From Desulfatiglandales bacterium (GTDB lineage: Bacteria > Desulfobacterota > DSM-4660 > Desulfatiglandales > Desulfatiglandaceae): a stretch of 64,000 bases of DNA. The position numbers were made by a program, and so were the translations under genes. Below, piece by piece: positions 9,383-19,352 of the stretch (positions within the stretch are counted from its first letter, which is position 1; every line of letters starts with the position of its first letter). The notes under the pieces are model-generated. The model was not told where the DNA came from, searched no databases, and worked only from the letters and a program-made list of their open reading frames with translations. The stretch lies in NCBI GenBank assembly GCA_963662465.1, contig OY759599.1, positions 6,144,001-6,208,000 of the forward strand, in the 5' to 3' direction.

Positions 9383-11167
9383 ATGGCCGAAGAAAAGATT
9401 TTTGTTGGCGGAGAATTCCTGATTTCGGATGTCGCCCCCGAGGAAGTATTTACCCCTGAAGATTTCACAGATGAGCATCGCATGATTAAGGATATGGCGA
9501 AAGATTTCGTGGAAAAAGAGATCAAGCCCATCATGGATCAACTGGAAGAAAAAGATCACAATCTCACCCTTTCTCTTCTGGCAAAGGCCGGTGAGCTGGG
9601 TCTTTTGGGGACGGATGTTCCCGAAGAGTATGGCGGCATGGGGCTGGATAAGGTCAGCACCACTGTCGTCACCGAGTCTCTGGGGATTGCCGGTTCCTTC
9701 GCCGTGGTTTATGGCGCCCATTCAGGCATCGGCAGTTTACCCATCGTCTATTTCGGAAATGAAGAACAAAAAAATAAATACCTGCCCAAACTGGCGTCCG
9801 GCGAGTGGTGCGGGGCCTACTGTCTCACGGAACCCGGCGCCGGATCGGACGCGCTCAACGCCAAAACCAAGGCGGTTCTCTCCGAGGATGGAAAACACTA
9901 TATTATCAACGGCGAAAAGTTGTTCATCACCAATGCGGGATGGGCCAGCAGCTTTATTGTTTACGCCAAGGTGGATGGGGAACAGTTCACCGGCTTCATC
10001 GTTGAAAAGGATTTCAAAGGCGTATCTACGGGTAAGGAAGAAAAAAAGATGGGCGTACATGGCTCTTCCACACGCCCTGTGATTCTGGAGGATGCGGAAG
10101 TACCGGTGGAAAACGTCCTTTATGAAGTGGGAAAAGGTCACAAAATCGCCTTTAACATCCTGAACATCGGACGCTGGAAACTGGGGGCTGCCTCCGTGGG
10201 CGGATGTAAAGCCTGCGTCACGGAATCGGTTAAGTACGCCAACGGCCGCATTCAATTCAAGGTGCCCATCAGCTCCTTCGGCCTGATCAAAACCAAACTG
10301 GCCGATATGGCCGTCAAAGGCTTTATGAGCGACAGCGTCATGTACCGTTTGGCCGGCATGTTTGACAATAAACTGGGAACGCTTTCCGCCGAGGCCAAGA
10401 AAAGCGGCGCTGAAAACGCCAAGGCCATTGAAGAATATGCGGCGGAATGCTCCATCGCCAAGGTTTATGGTTCGGAAACCCTTGAATTCTGCGTGGATCA
10501 ATTCGTTCAGATCCTGGGGGGGTATGGATTTTGCGCGGATTATCCCGCGGAGCGCTATTATCGGGATTCCAGAATCAACCGCATCTGGGAAGGCACCAAC
10601 GAAATCAACCGAATGCTGATTCCCGGAACCTTGATGCAACGTGCCATGAAAGGCCGTCTAAACCTCTTGCAGGAGGCACAGGGCATTGCCGGCTTTCTCA
10701 TGGGCTACTCTCCCCTCTCCGTACAGTTATCCGATACCCCCCTTGCACTTCAGGAACACATGATTCAGATGGCCAAAAAGATTGCGCTGATGGTCGCCGG
10801 CGGCGCCGCAATGAAATTCCAGCAGAATCTAGCCAAGGAGCAGGAAGTGCTGGGCAAGGTAGCGGATATCATTATCGAAATCTTCGCCATGGAGAGCGGT
10901 TTGCTGAGAACCCTCAAGATCATTGCCAAAGAGGGGGAAGAAAAGGCAAAATACCACATTGACGCCGTTAAGGTCTATGTGGATGAGACCATTCCTAAAA
11001 TCGAAGCTTGGGCTAAACAGGTGATCGCCTATGTGGAAGAGGGCGACATGCTCAGGACACAACTGGCGGGCGTCAAGAAGCTGGCTCGTTATCAACCCAT
11101 CGACGCCGTGAGTTTAAAGCGGGAAATCGCAGACCGAATCATCGATCTGGAAGCCTATCCTTTCTAG
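9383..11167 (+). CDS. fadE: acyl-CoA dehydrogenase, long form
   Basis: YCLTEPGAGSDA, NGEKLFITN, QILGGYGF, RDSRINRIWEGTNEINR. Confidence 0.92.
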   Translation: MAEEKIFVGGEFLISDVAPEEVFTPEDFTDEHRMIKDMAKDFVEKEIKPIMDQLEEKDHNLTLSLLAKAGELGLLGTDVPEEYGGMGLDKVSTTVVTESLGIAGSFAVVYGAHSGIGSLPIVYFGNEEQKNKYLPKLASGEWCGAYCLTEPGAGSDALNAKTKAVLSEDGKHYIINGEKLFITNAGWASSFIVYAKVDGEQFTGFIVEKDFKGVSTGKEEKKMGVHGSSTRPVILEDAEVPVENVLYEVGKGHKIAFNILNIGRWKLGAASVGGCKACVTESVKYANGRIQFKVPISSFGLIKTKLADMAVKGFMSDSVMYRLAGMFDNKLGTLSAEAKKSGAENAKAIEEYAAECSIAKVYGSETLEFCVDQFVQILGGYGFCADYPAERYYRDSRINRIWEGTNEINRMLIPGTLMQRAMKGRLNLLQEAQGIAGFLMGYSPLSVQLSDTPLALQEHMIQMAKKIALMVAGGAAMKFQQNLAKEQEVLGKVADIIIEIFAMESGLLRTLKIIAKEGEEKAKYHIDAVKVYVDETIPKIEAWAKQVIAYVEEGDMLRTQLAGVKKLARYQPIDAVSLKREIADRIIDLEAYPF

Positions 11168-11185
11168 GAAGGCGCAGGGAATGAC

Positions 11186-11213
11186 GGCGGGATGTGGTTG
11201 CTTGCATCCCGCC
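11186..11213. terminator. hairpin between the convergent fadE and M16 peptidase genes
   Basis: GGCGGGATG...CATCCCGCC 9-bp stem. Confidence 0.65.
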
Positions 11214-11237
11214 ATCCAGTTCAACTACATCATATTT

Positions 11238-14171
11238 TTAAAGCACCTTTAACCGTTTGAGCCAGTTCGGCCGTTGTTTGTCCACCTCGTCCATGGCCGT
11301 TGAAGATCCTAACACCTTGACCACGCCCTTTTCCGCCGCTTCTTTCAAAACCCGGCCCATGGCCTTGAAATCAGATGTGGTGGTTCCCAGGAGTTCTTCC
11401 CGTATTTGCTGCCTCAAGCTTTCGGCGTCGTTCGTCAGATATCGAATCATGGAAACAAACCCCTTTGTATCGGGCAACATATAGCCGTCCAAGTCTCCAA
11501 TGGCGCCGATGATGCTCTTGGTTAGTTCTTCATCCGTGAGGGTCTTCTCTTCCAGAAAGCGGGCGGAATGGTCAAAGACATCCAAGGTTTGAAGCAGGTT
11601 GGGGTCCCGATAAGAGACAAACGTCAACATGCCGGAAATCCGGTCCAGCAGGCAGAATGCGCCATAGGCGCCTCCCTGCACGCGAACCCGGTCCCACAGC
11701 CAGGCATTGCGCACATAACGGGTAATGGCAAGGGCGGAGCCGTGAAATTTATATCCCAATTCAGTAAGATCCGCCCCTTTGCCCACATAGTTGACTTGGG
11801 TGGGAATGGTCATTCCTTCGAAGAGAGGATTGCTTTGGACGGGCCGGTCTTTCTTTAAAGCGCCGGATTCGACAACCGGACCGGCGGGCAAGGCACGCAG
11901 CAATTCCCTCAATGGCGGTTCAACCCGAGTCCATCCCGAAGCGTCTACGGTAACGTTGGCCAGGGTCGTCTTCCGGTTCACCAGTATGCCATGAATGTTC
12001 TTCAAAATGGCGAGGACCTTGGGCCAATCCTTTTCCACATCCTGAACCAGCTGTCTGATAAAAAAGAGATAGCTGATGCCGCCCATCTGTTCAGCGGCCC
12101 AGTGAGACTCGGAAAAATGGGACTTCAGTCGAAGGTTTACCATCTGGTGGCCCGCGGGAATGAGCTTTTGCTCCACCCGGGATTTTTCTTCCATGAGCAT
12201 CTGCCGAAAACGATCCCGGTTGTCCAGTTTCACCGTCAACAGCACATCCTCAAAAATACGGATCAGTTCCGCTACCTGGTGGGCCATGGTTTTTCCCCGA
12301 AGAAACAGCCAGGCGGCGCTTCCTTCCGACCCTTGCAGGCCCGAGGTAAAGGCTTGCGGATGAATGCCCCCCGTTTTTCGGCTGATGCGCTGGGTCAGCG
12401 TTACGAAATCTTCCGTTTCCGTACCCATCTCAACGAAGGCGCGACCCAGGAGGGGGATATAGGACAGGTAGTCAGGGGGAAGATTTTGGAGACTGAAACC
12501 CAGATCCACATAGGCAATCCCATTGGTAAACAGGTCATGGTAGAGGATGGGGATATCGTCTTCATCCATTTCGGCCAGGGGAATGGTCTTGTTGCGCTGT
12601 TCCAGATCATCCCGATTCAGCATGGGGATGGTGGCCAGATCCTCGGGGGCGTCGGGCTTTTCCTGGAGTATTTTCAGTTCCCGGGTGTTCTTCTGAACCG
12701 CTTCCAGAACTGTTTCATCCATGGCGGCACGGGCTTTTTCCAGCCGCTGTTTTTCAGCTTCAGCCTCCTTTTTTCCGAGATTTGAATCGGGTTCCAGAAT
12801 CAGGGTGGTCCGATGGTTGTTTGAAAGGAACGTCTGTTCAATAAGCGCCTCAAAATAGGAGGGGTTGTGGGCGATTTTTCCCTTCACCCGTTCAAGGGGA
12901 CCTTCAAAGGCCACCAGTGCCAGGGGATCCCCCCCGTAAAGCCAGGTGGTGAGCGATCGCAACATCAGTGACAGTCCCCGGGGGAAACTGCCGGAGTTGT
13001 TTTCCCGCAGGCGGAATTCGATGGTATTCAGGGCCGCCTCCACCGTATGGGGATCGATGCCCGACCGGGAAAGGGTTCTCAGCGTCTTTAGAATGAGATC
13101 TTCAATCTTTTGGGCGTTATCCGTTTCAATCCCCTTGAGGCCGGTAGAAAAGCACATCTGCCGCAATTCGGTTTCCAAACCGCCGCCGGTCAGGTCTTCT
13201 CCGAACCCTGAGTCGATGAGCGCTTTCCTGAGGGGAGAAGCGGGCATGCCCAGCAGGATGTACTCCAGGATGCGCAGGGAAAAGTTGGCGTCCACATCGG
13301 TTGTTTCACCCAGCATCCAGTTCACGGTCATCATGCCTTTGGCGGCTGTTTCATCCCCTTCGCCCACCATGTAGGGCCGGACCAGGCGTCTCGGTTTGCT
13401 GAAAGAAGATTGCAATTGCACGTTGGAATCGACCGAAAGCGGTTCAAAATCACCCAGCACCGCCTCTAATCGCTTCAGGCGCTCTTCGGGGTCATCATTG
13501 CCATAAAAAAAGATACGCGCGTTTGACGGATGATAATATCGTTCATGAAAGGCATGAAACTGTTCATAGGTGAGGTTGGGAATTTGTTTCGGATCGCCTC
13601 CTGAGTCAAGCCCGTAGGCATTGTCCGGAAACAGGGATTGAAGGGAGTATTCGGAAAGCACGTTGTCCGGTGAAGAATAGGCCCCTTTCATTTCGTTAAA
13701 GACCACCCCTTTGAAGACCATTTCGGCCTCTTTCTCCTCCAGTTCGTAATGCCACCCTTCCTGCTGAAAGATGGCAGGCGTGATTCTGGGATAAAACACC
13801 GCATCCAGGTAAACATCCATCAGGTTGTAAAAATCCTGAAGATTCTGGCTGGCCACGGGATAGCAGGTCTTATCCGGATAAGTAAAGGCATTTAAAAATG
13901 TCTGAAGAGAGCCTTTCAGAAGCTCGACAAAGGGTTCCTTGACGGGGTATTTCCTGGATCCGCAAAGGACCGAATGCTCCAGAATATGGGCCACTCCCGT
14001 GGAGTCAAAGGGAGGCGTTCGAAAGGTGATGCCAAACACCTTGTTTTCGTCGTCGGTGATGATGGAAAGGATCTCAGCCCCTGTTTTTTTGTGACGGAAC
14101 AGATGGGCCTGGGTTTTCAGTTCCGCTATGTCTCGTTTTTCGATCAGTTCAAATGCGTTATGCGTTTTCAT
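11238..14171 (-). CDS. insulinase family M16C metallopeptidase (PreP/Cym1-like)
   Basis: HILEHSVLCGSRKYPVKEPF (HxxEH), VRVQGGAYG, SYRDPN; start moved to MKTHNAF, which has a GAGGAG RBS. Confidence 0.92.
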   Translation of the reverse strand: MKTHNAFELIEKRDIAELKTQAHLFRHKKTGAEILSIITDDENKVFGITFRTPPFDSTGVAHILEHSVLCGSRKYPVKEPFVELLKGSLQTFLNAFTYPDKTCYPVASQNLQDFYNLMDVYLDAVFYPRITPAIFQQEGWHYELEEKEAEMVFKGVVFNEMKGAYSSPDNVLSEYSLQSLFPDNAYGLDSGGDPKQIPNLTYEQFHAFHERYYHPSNARIFFYGNDDPEERLKRLEAVLGDFEPLSVDSNVQLQSSFSKPRRLVRPYMVGEGDETAAKGMMTVNWMLGETTDVDANFSLRILEYILLGMPASPLRKALIDSGFGEDLTGGGLETELRQMCFSTGLKGIETDNAQKIEDLILKTLRTLSRSGIDPHTVEAALNTIEFRLRENNSGSFPRGLSLMLRSLTTWLYGGDPLALVAFEGPLERVKGKIAHNPSYFEALIEQTFLSNNHRTTLILEPDSNLGKKEAEAEKQRLEKARAAMDETVLEAVQKNTRELKILQEKPDAPEDLATIPMLNRDDLEQRNKTIPLAEMDEDDIPILYHDLFTNGIAYVDLGFSLQNLPPDYLSYIPLLGRAFVEMGTETEDFVTLTQRISRKTGGIHPQAFTSGLQGSEGSAAWLFLRGKTMAHQVAELIRIFEDVLLTVKLDNRDRFRQMLMEEKSRVEQKLIPAGHQMVNLRLKSHFSESHWAAEQMGGISYLFFIRQLVQDVEKDWPKVLAILKNIHGILVNRKTTLANVTVDASGWTRVEPPLRELLRALPAGPVVESGALKKDRPVQSNPLFEGMTIPTQVNYVGKGADLTELGYKFHGSALAITRYVRNAWLWDRVRVQGGAYGAFCLLDRISGMLTFVSYRDPNLLQTLDVFDHSARFLEEKTLTDEELTKSIIGAIGDLDGYMLPDTKGFVSMIRYLTNDAESLRQQIREELLGTTTSDFKAMGRVLKEAAEKGVVKVLGSSTAMDEVDKQRPNWLKRLKVL

Positions 14172-14208
14172 GTACTCCTCCTGGCGACGTTGTTGGTTTT
14201 CCGGGGTT

Positions 14209-16302
14209 TCAAGGAAGTGCCGGACTGATCCGACAGGAAATCCCCTTAAGGTTGGGTGTGCCGAATTCCCGGCCCAGGTTTTCGGTGGTGGTGAGCATGT
14301 TGAAGTTGGCCCGGGTCCAGTTGTCTTTGTCCATAAGCGCTTCCGGAAACCACCAGCCATAGGCGGCGCTGACTACCCGCGGGTGAATATGGGGGGTTAA
14401 CCGGGCGGTCTGGCGGATTTGACCCGACCGGGTTTCAATGCTTACAGGATTTCCCTCTTGAATGCCTAAGCGCGCGGCGGTTTCGGGATGAATTTCCACC
14501 ATTGCGTCAGGACTCCTCTCCCGCAATTTTCTGACCCATCGGTAGGCGGAATGGAGATAAAATCGGTCTTTACAACTGATCAACACCAGCGGATAGTCCG
14601 GATCATCCAAAGGCAGGGCGGCGGTTTCGGGCAACGGGTGAAGCTTGAATTTTTCGGCGGTACTCAAGCGTAGCTCCACCTTGCCCGTGGGGGTCCTGAA
14701 CCCTTTGGCTTCATATTTTTTAAATTGGTCTTTTCCTTTGAGGTATCCCAATTCCGAAAAGGCGTTGAAGGTCAGGCCCATCGGTTTTAGCACCATGTCG
14801 ATCAACGCATGAGCATCATCAAACCAGTGTTCCTTTGAGGTCATGCCAGCGCCCAGGTCATTGATGATTCGGATATCGGGCCGACATTCCTCAGGGGGTT
14901 CAACGATTTTCGGTCTTGCCAGGATATAACCATGCCCCAGTCCGTAATGTCCGATGTCGTCAAATTCGAAATGGGTGGCAGCGGGCAGAACGATGTCCGC
15001 AAGCGCCGCGGTAGGGGTCATGAAAAGATCACTGACCGCCAGAAAATCCAGGCGGTTCAAGGCCTCAAAGGTCAGGTTGCTGTCCGCATAGGCCATTAAG
15101 GGGTTGGCGCACTGGACATAGGCGCCTTTTACCGGATAGGGATTTTCTTTCAGTACGGCTTCTCTGAAAAAAGCGGGCGGAACGGTCATGAGCCTGGGGA
15201 TGGTCCCGTGAGCCGCATGGATCATCTCTTTCCATTTGTTGGGCAAAAGATCCGCCCGCACGTACTTTCCCAAAGGGAGAATTCCAGGCTCGTTGGGTTG
15301 AATGTTGCCGCCGGGAATATCCAGGTTGCCGCATAGGGCCATAAGGCAGGTGATGGCCCTTATGGCGTCAAAGGCATGGCTGTTTTGCTCCAGGGCATTT
15401 CCCCAATGAATGGCGGCGGGGCTGGATTCAGCATATAATCTTGCCGCTTTTCGAATCAGATCCGGTGAAACCCAGGTAATGTCCGCGACTTTTTCGGGGG
15501 CATAATCCGTCACATGACGGGCCAGCGCATCAAAACCGTGGGTCCAGGTTTCAACAAACGTCCTGTCGAACAGGTTTTCTTCAATAATGACATTCAAAAA
15601 TGCCAGGGCCATAAAGTGGTCCGTGGCGGGCCGAAGCTGAAGCCAGACCTGTGCTTTTTTGGCCATATCGGTTTTTCTCGGGTCGATAACGATCAGCTGA
15701 GTTCCCCGCTTCACTTGGTCCAGTAAGAGGCTGCTGATTTCCCCTTCTTCATGGGTATGGGTGGGATTGCTTCCCCACACCAGCACGGTTTTGCTTGGGT
15801 GATGAAAATCCACCACCGGATAAAAACCGCAGGTATGCATCCCGGTCACTTCCCGGGGTGCATGGCAAACGTCCTGAACCGCTACCACATTGGGAGACCC
15901 AAAGAGATTGGCAAGGCGAATCAGGGCAAAATGCTCCATGCCCTTGGGCATACCCTGGCAAAAGGCAACCCCCCTGGCGCCGTATTGTTCCTTGATTTGA
16001 AGAAAATTTTGGCTGATGGTCCGGATGGCTTGATCCCAGGAGATTTTTTCCCATTTTCCCCCGCCCCTTTCCCCTTTTCGCTTCAGGGGATGTTTCAGGC
16101 GGTCCGGGTGGGTAAGGCGTTCCGAAGACGCCAATCCCTTGGGACAAATATAGCCCCTGTTTAAAAAACCGTCCGGGTCTCCCTTTATTTTGACAATCCG
16201 GTTGTTTTGAGTTCCCACCAGAATGGCGCACCCACCGTGATCCATTCTGGCGCAATGAGTTTTGGTCCAGCGTATGCCTGTTTCCATCGTGTCAACGCCC
16301 AT
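14209..16302 (-). CDS. molybdopterin (Mo/W-bisPGD) oxidoreductase, acetylene-hydratase-like clade
   Basis: N-terminal Fe-S motif CARMDHGGC...ICPKG, HPDRLKHPLKR, LFGSPNV..QDVC, ADIVLPAA, VEIHPETA; no Tat signal seen. Confidence 0.88.
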   Translation of the reverse strand: MGVDTMETGIRWTKTHCARMDHGGCAILVGTQNNRIVKIKGDPDGFLNRGYICPKGLASSERLTHPDRLKHPLKRKGERGGGKWEKISWDQAIRTISQNFLQIKEQYGARGVAFCQGMPKGMEHFALIRLANLFGSPNVVAVQDVCHAPREVTGMHTCGFYPVVDFHHPSKTVLVWGSNPTHTHEEGEISSLLLDQVKRGTQLIVIDPRKTDMAKKAQVWLQLRPATDHFMALAFLNVIIEENLFDRTFVETWTHGFDALARHVTDYAPEKVADITWVSPDLIRKAARLYAESSPAAIHWGNALEQNSHAFDAIRAITCLMALCGNLDIPGGNIQPNEPGILPLGKYVRADLLPNKWKEMIHAAHGTIPRLMTVPPAFFREAVLKENPYPVKGAYVQCANPLMAYADSNLTFEALNRLDFLAVSDLFMTPTAALADIVLPAATHFEFDDIGHYGLGHGYILARPKIVEPPEECRPDIRIINDLGAGMTSKEHWFDDAHALIDMVLKPMGLTFNAFSELGYLKGKDQFKKYEAKGFRTPTGKVELRLSTAEKFKLHPLPETAALPLDDPDYPLVLISCKDRFYLHSAYRWVRKLRERSPDAMVEIHPETAARLGIQEGNPVSIETRSGQIRQTARLTPHIHPRVVSAAYGWWFPEALMDKDNWTRANFNMLTTTENLGREFGTPNLKGISCRISPALP

Positions 16303-16464
16303 GAGTGTTAGGATTTTCTCTGAATTTTAATGACCTGAAACACCCATAGCACCACCTGACGGCGATTGTCAAAAATATTCCATGGCCTATTTTTCAGTTT
16401 TACGCTATCTTAACTTAAACGAAGATCAGGATGTCCTTTTATGATGCCGCGGGAAGTCAACACG

Positions 16465-16755
16465 ATGTTTGAAATTACAGGGCCTGCCAGGGAGAAGATT
16501 CAGGAAATTGTCCATGGGGAAAAAAGCCCTTCACCCATTCGCATCATGATGGCTGGGGGCTGCATCGGTCCCCATCTGGGCATGCTCTTTGATTCAGTGA
16601 GGCCGAACGATCAGGTATTTGACGTGGAAGGAATTCAATACGCCGTTGATAAGGAACTTCTATCTCGATTTCAGCCGATTACCGTAGATTACAGAAGCGA
16701 TTCATCGGGGGAGAGGTTCAGCATCACATCACCCCGGCATGATGTCGATCCATAA
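16465..16755 (+). CDS. HesB/IscA-like protein (Cys form)
   Basis: MFEIT..A, PIRIMMAGGCIGPHLGMLFD, DQVFDVEGIQYAVDKELL. Confidence 0.75.
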   Translation: MFEITGPAREKIQEIVHGEKSPSPIRIMMAGGCIGPHLGMLFDSVRPNDQVFDVEGIQYAVDKELLSRFQPITVDYRSDSSGERFSITSPRHDVDP

Positions 16756-16790
16756 CTGAGCGTTTTTTTCAGCATGATCCGCCCAAACCA

Positions 16791-18170
16791 TCAGGTTTTA
16801 TCTAATAGGGACAGACCTGAAACCCCTTCGGTTGTTTCCACCCGGCATGTTAACGACCCCTCCGCCAGAAGGACCATAATCTGATCCCCTGAATACACGC
16901 CTTTGATTTTTTTCAGGATCTTCTTTTCGGGCAGCTGAAGGGCAATGCTGTATCCCCGTTTTAAAATGGCCCGAGGGTTCAGGTCGCTCAAGCCCTTTTC
17001 AAGCAGGGAACGGTTCATTCGAAACCCGCGAAGTTTTGTTTCCATGGTCCGGATGAGGGACGTCCTTTGAAAATCAAGATTTTGTTTGCCCGAAGCGATC
17101 ATGCCCAGGGGAGAATGGATTCTCAAAGCATTTGCTTTTGCACCTGAGACCATGCGTTTGTGGTGAAGCTCCAGACGCATCAGTCGCGTCAGTCTCTGCT
17201 GAACTTCATCCAGTCGAATCCAGGCGTCCGCAAGCCGTTTCCTTGGATCCCGAAGTCGCTGCTTCAGCTTTTCCAGGACCTGCCTGCGATAATCGACCTG
17301 TTGCCTCATGAGCCCGAACAAGCGGCCTTGCAGGTCTTTGAGGCGATTTTCAAGGGCTTCTTTTTCCGCCACCAGAAGCTCGGCGGCGGCGGAAGGGGTG
17401 GGGGCCTTGAAATCCGCCGCCAGATCGCATATGGTCACATCGATTTCGTGCCCTACGGCTGAGACCACCGGTATGCGGGAGCCCCTGACGGCCATGGCCA
17501 GTTCTTCCTGGTTAAAGGCCTGCAAATCCTCCAGAGATCCACCCCCCCGGGTCAAAACGATCACATCGACGGACAGTTCACTGTTAATGAATTCAAGGGC
17601 TTTGACCATGTCCCCGCAGGCCTGGTCCCCCTGAACCTGAACGGGAAGGATACTGATCTCCAGATTGGCAAATCGCCGTTGAATGACGTTGAGAAAATCC
17701 CGCACCGCGGCGCCGGTAGGCGATGTGACCAGGGCGATCCGCTTGGGCAGGAAGGGCAGCGGTTTTTTGATCTCCTGATCAAAAAGACCCTGCTTTGCCA
17801 GTTTGTTTTTGAGCTGTTCAAAGGCCAGGGCCAGGGCGCCCACGCCTACGGGCTCCAGATAGTCCAGGATCAGCTGGTATTCTCCCCTGGGCGCGTATAC
17901 GCCTATCCGGCCCTGGGCAATCACTTTCATGCCGTTTTCGGGCAGGAACTTTAAATAGCGTGCCTGAAGACGAAACATGACCGCCCTGATCTGCGCGTTT
18001 TCATCTTTGAGTACCATATAATAATGGCCGGATCTGGGTGCACTGAAATTGGATATTTCCCCTTCAACCCAAATAAAATCAAGCGTCCCCTCCAGAAGGT
18101 CCCTTATTTTTTCGGTGAGTTCGTGAACGCCATATACCTTTGGGCCATGGCTTTCAGTCATGTGCGACAA
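16791..18170 (-). CDS. xseA: exodeoxyribonuclease VII large subunit
   Basis: WVEGEISNF..SGHYY, RGGGSLEDL, SAVGHEIDVT..D..AD..APTPSAAAE, ILKRGYSI. Confidence 0.95.
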   Translation of the reverse strand: MSHMTESHGPKVYGVHELTEKIRDLLEGTLDFIWVEGEISNFSAPRSGHYYMVLKDENAQIRAVMFRLQARYLKFLPENGMKVIAQGRIGVYAPRGEYQLILDYLEPVGVGALALAFEQLKNKLAKQGLFDQEIKKPLPFLPKRIALVTSPTGAAVRDFLNVIQRRFANLEISILPVQVQGDQACGDMVKALEFINSELSVDVIVLTRGGGSLEDLQAFNQEELAMAVRGSRIPVVSAVGHEIDVTICDLAADFKAPTPSAAAELLVAEKEALENRLKDLQGRLFGLMRQQVDYRRQVLEKLKQRLRDPRKRLADAWIRLDEVQQRLTRLMRLELHHKRMVSGAKANALRIHSPLGMIASGKQNLDFQRTSLIRTMETKLRGFRMNRSLLEKGLSDLNPRAILKRGYSIALQLPEKKILKKIKGVYSGDQIMVLLAEGSLTCRVETTEGVSGLSLLDKT

Positions 18171-18313
18171 TTGGCGCCCCTTTTTTAGAGGATTAAGTGT
18201 CTTGACAATCCATATAGTTATAAGATCTTATCCTCCATAGTCCGTCACGAATTACCACGGTATTTCACCGGAAAAATTGTGCAAGGATTGTACAAACTAT
18301 TGGGAGAACCGCC

Positions 18314-18493
18314 ATGGCTGTTAAATGGAACGCAACCGGCAAAGATCTGCAAGCAGCATATCATGAAACCGGAAAATACGGCAAGCGCTTTGACCGGTAT
18401 ATCCATGGTCGGTATGTACTTGTAAGCATTAATGCCAAGCTTTTTTGTGGTTTGGATAGCAGGGGGGAGCGGAAAGGGCCTACAGAAGCTTAA
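18314..18493 (+). CDS. possible 59-aa small protein
   Basis: GGGAGA RBS then ATG 18314: MAVKWNATGKDLQAAYHETGKYGKRFDRYIHGRYVLVSINAKLFCGLDSRGERKGPTEA; just under the track length cutoff; no recognisable motif. Confidence 0.3.
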   Translation: MAVKWNATGKDLQAAYHETGKYGKRFDRYIHGRYVLVSINAKLFCGLDSRGERKGPTEA

Positions 18494-18755
18494 CCAGGGC
18501 GGCAACAATGGCGATGGAGGCGGCAAGCATCCCACCCATGCGGAGGGTTAAGTCATGTTTGAGGTGCAACTCAAGCTCTTTCATGTCGCGACTTAAATTA
18601 TTTTCAAGCTCTTTGAGATCCTGTTTTGTGGCCAAACGTTCGTCAATAATTTCAGCAAATGTTTCAGCCTGTACCTCTGCCTGTTTTTCAGGGACCCCGG
18701 CAGCTTTCAGCTTTTTTGCGTATGCCAATGTATCAAATACGAGTGCGGTTGCCAT
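18480..18755 (-). CDS. DUF1640/CCDC90-like coiled-coil membrane-anchored protein, copy 1
   Basis: FDTLAYAKKLKAAGVPEKQAE, LATKQDL, C-terminal TM segment ending VAALVKLL. Confidence 0.85.
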   Translation of the reverse strand: MATALVFDTLAYAKKLKAAGVPEKQAEVQAETFAEIIDERLATKQDLKELENNLSRDMKELELHLKHDLTLRMGGMLAASIAIVAALVKLL

Positions 18756-18788
18756 ATGATGAACCCCTTTCTTAAATGAACATGATGG

Positions 18789-18817
18789 ATTTTACCATGG
18801 AGGGAAACCATGGACAA
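18789..18817 (-). promoter_or_regulatory. sigma70 promoter of DUF1640 copy 1 with CCATGG-N7-CCATGG across the spacer
   Basis: Minus strand TTGTCC-17nt-TAAAAT with extended TG; conserved in copy 2. Confidence 0.6.
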
Positions 18818-19058
18818 CTTTTATTTTGCTGGTCTTGAAAGCTGGCAGGAGGACCATGATATGAAATACTCATATGATGAAAACGATGATATTGAAATCA
18901 AGTGGGAACTGAATGCTCCCATCGAATACCGCCTGAAGGAACATCCTGAATCCGGTTGGATGATCACGCCATTGCAGGAACACCCACATAGCGATCCATT
19001 TGAAGACGTGGAAGAGTGGATCGGCTCATCGTGGATTCGCGTGAGATTTGGCTTCTGA
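18810..19058 (+). CDS. small acidic hypothetical protein
   Basis: Track ORF of 82 aa with a GGAGG RBS; a second GGAGG precedes an internal ATG (MKYSYDE); Trp/Glu-rich; no family recognised. Confidence 0.45.
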   Translation: MDNFYFAGLESWQEDHDMKYSYDENDDIEIKWELNAPIEYRLKEHPESGWMITPLQEHPHSDPFEDVEEWIGSSWIRVRFGF

Positions 19059-19064
19059 GCCGAT

Positions 19065-19124
19065 TGTAGGTGCGACTTCAGTCGCACATTAAGCCGACCC
19101 TGTGCGACTGAAGTCGCACCTACA
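19065..19124. repeat. GTAG-family REP doublet (REPIN-like)
   Basis: TGTAGGTGCGACTTCAGTCGCACA, 12 nt, then its exact reverse complement; each arm is GTAG plus an internal hairpin GTGCGAC-TTCA-GTCGCAC. Confidence 0.85.
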
Positions 19125-19307
19125 GCCCGAACCGAAACAATCTCAAAGCGCGATTTCACGTTAATCCGCGATGAACCAGTGGATCAATAGTTGAACCTGA
19201 AAAAGAAGTACGAAACAGTGGAGCCAAAAATAACGGAAGAGGCCATGGAATACCAGGAAGCGCAAATGGCGGCATGATACCACTTGCCAGGGACAGGCTG
19301 GAATATT

Positions 19308-19340
19308 AAAACCGGTTTCAGAAATGAGGCCGGTTTTTTT
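19308..19340. terminator. bidirectional intrinsic terminator
   Basis: AAAACCGGTTTCA-GAAA-TGAGGCCGGTTTTTTT. Confidence 0.75.
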
Positions 19341-19352
19341 GTGGGAAAGGTC

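Noticed and set aside
14172..14360. N-terminal extension of the M16 peptidase (and similar extensions of hsdR, ecfA, ecfT and DUF35)
   Set aside because: These overlap neighbouring genes or intergenic DNA; downstream starts have clear RBSs and match family N-termini.
16465..16755. HesB-like selenoprotein
   Set aside because: The GG-C-xG codon is TGC, so this copy is the Cys form.
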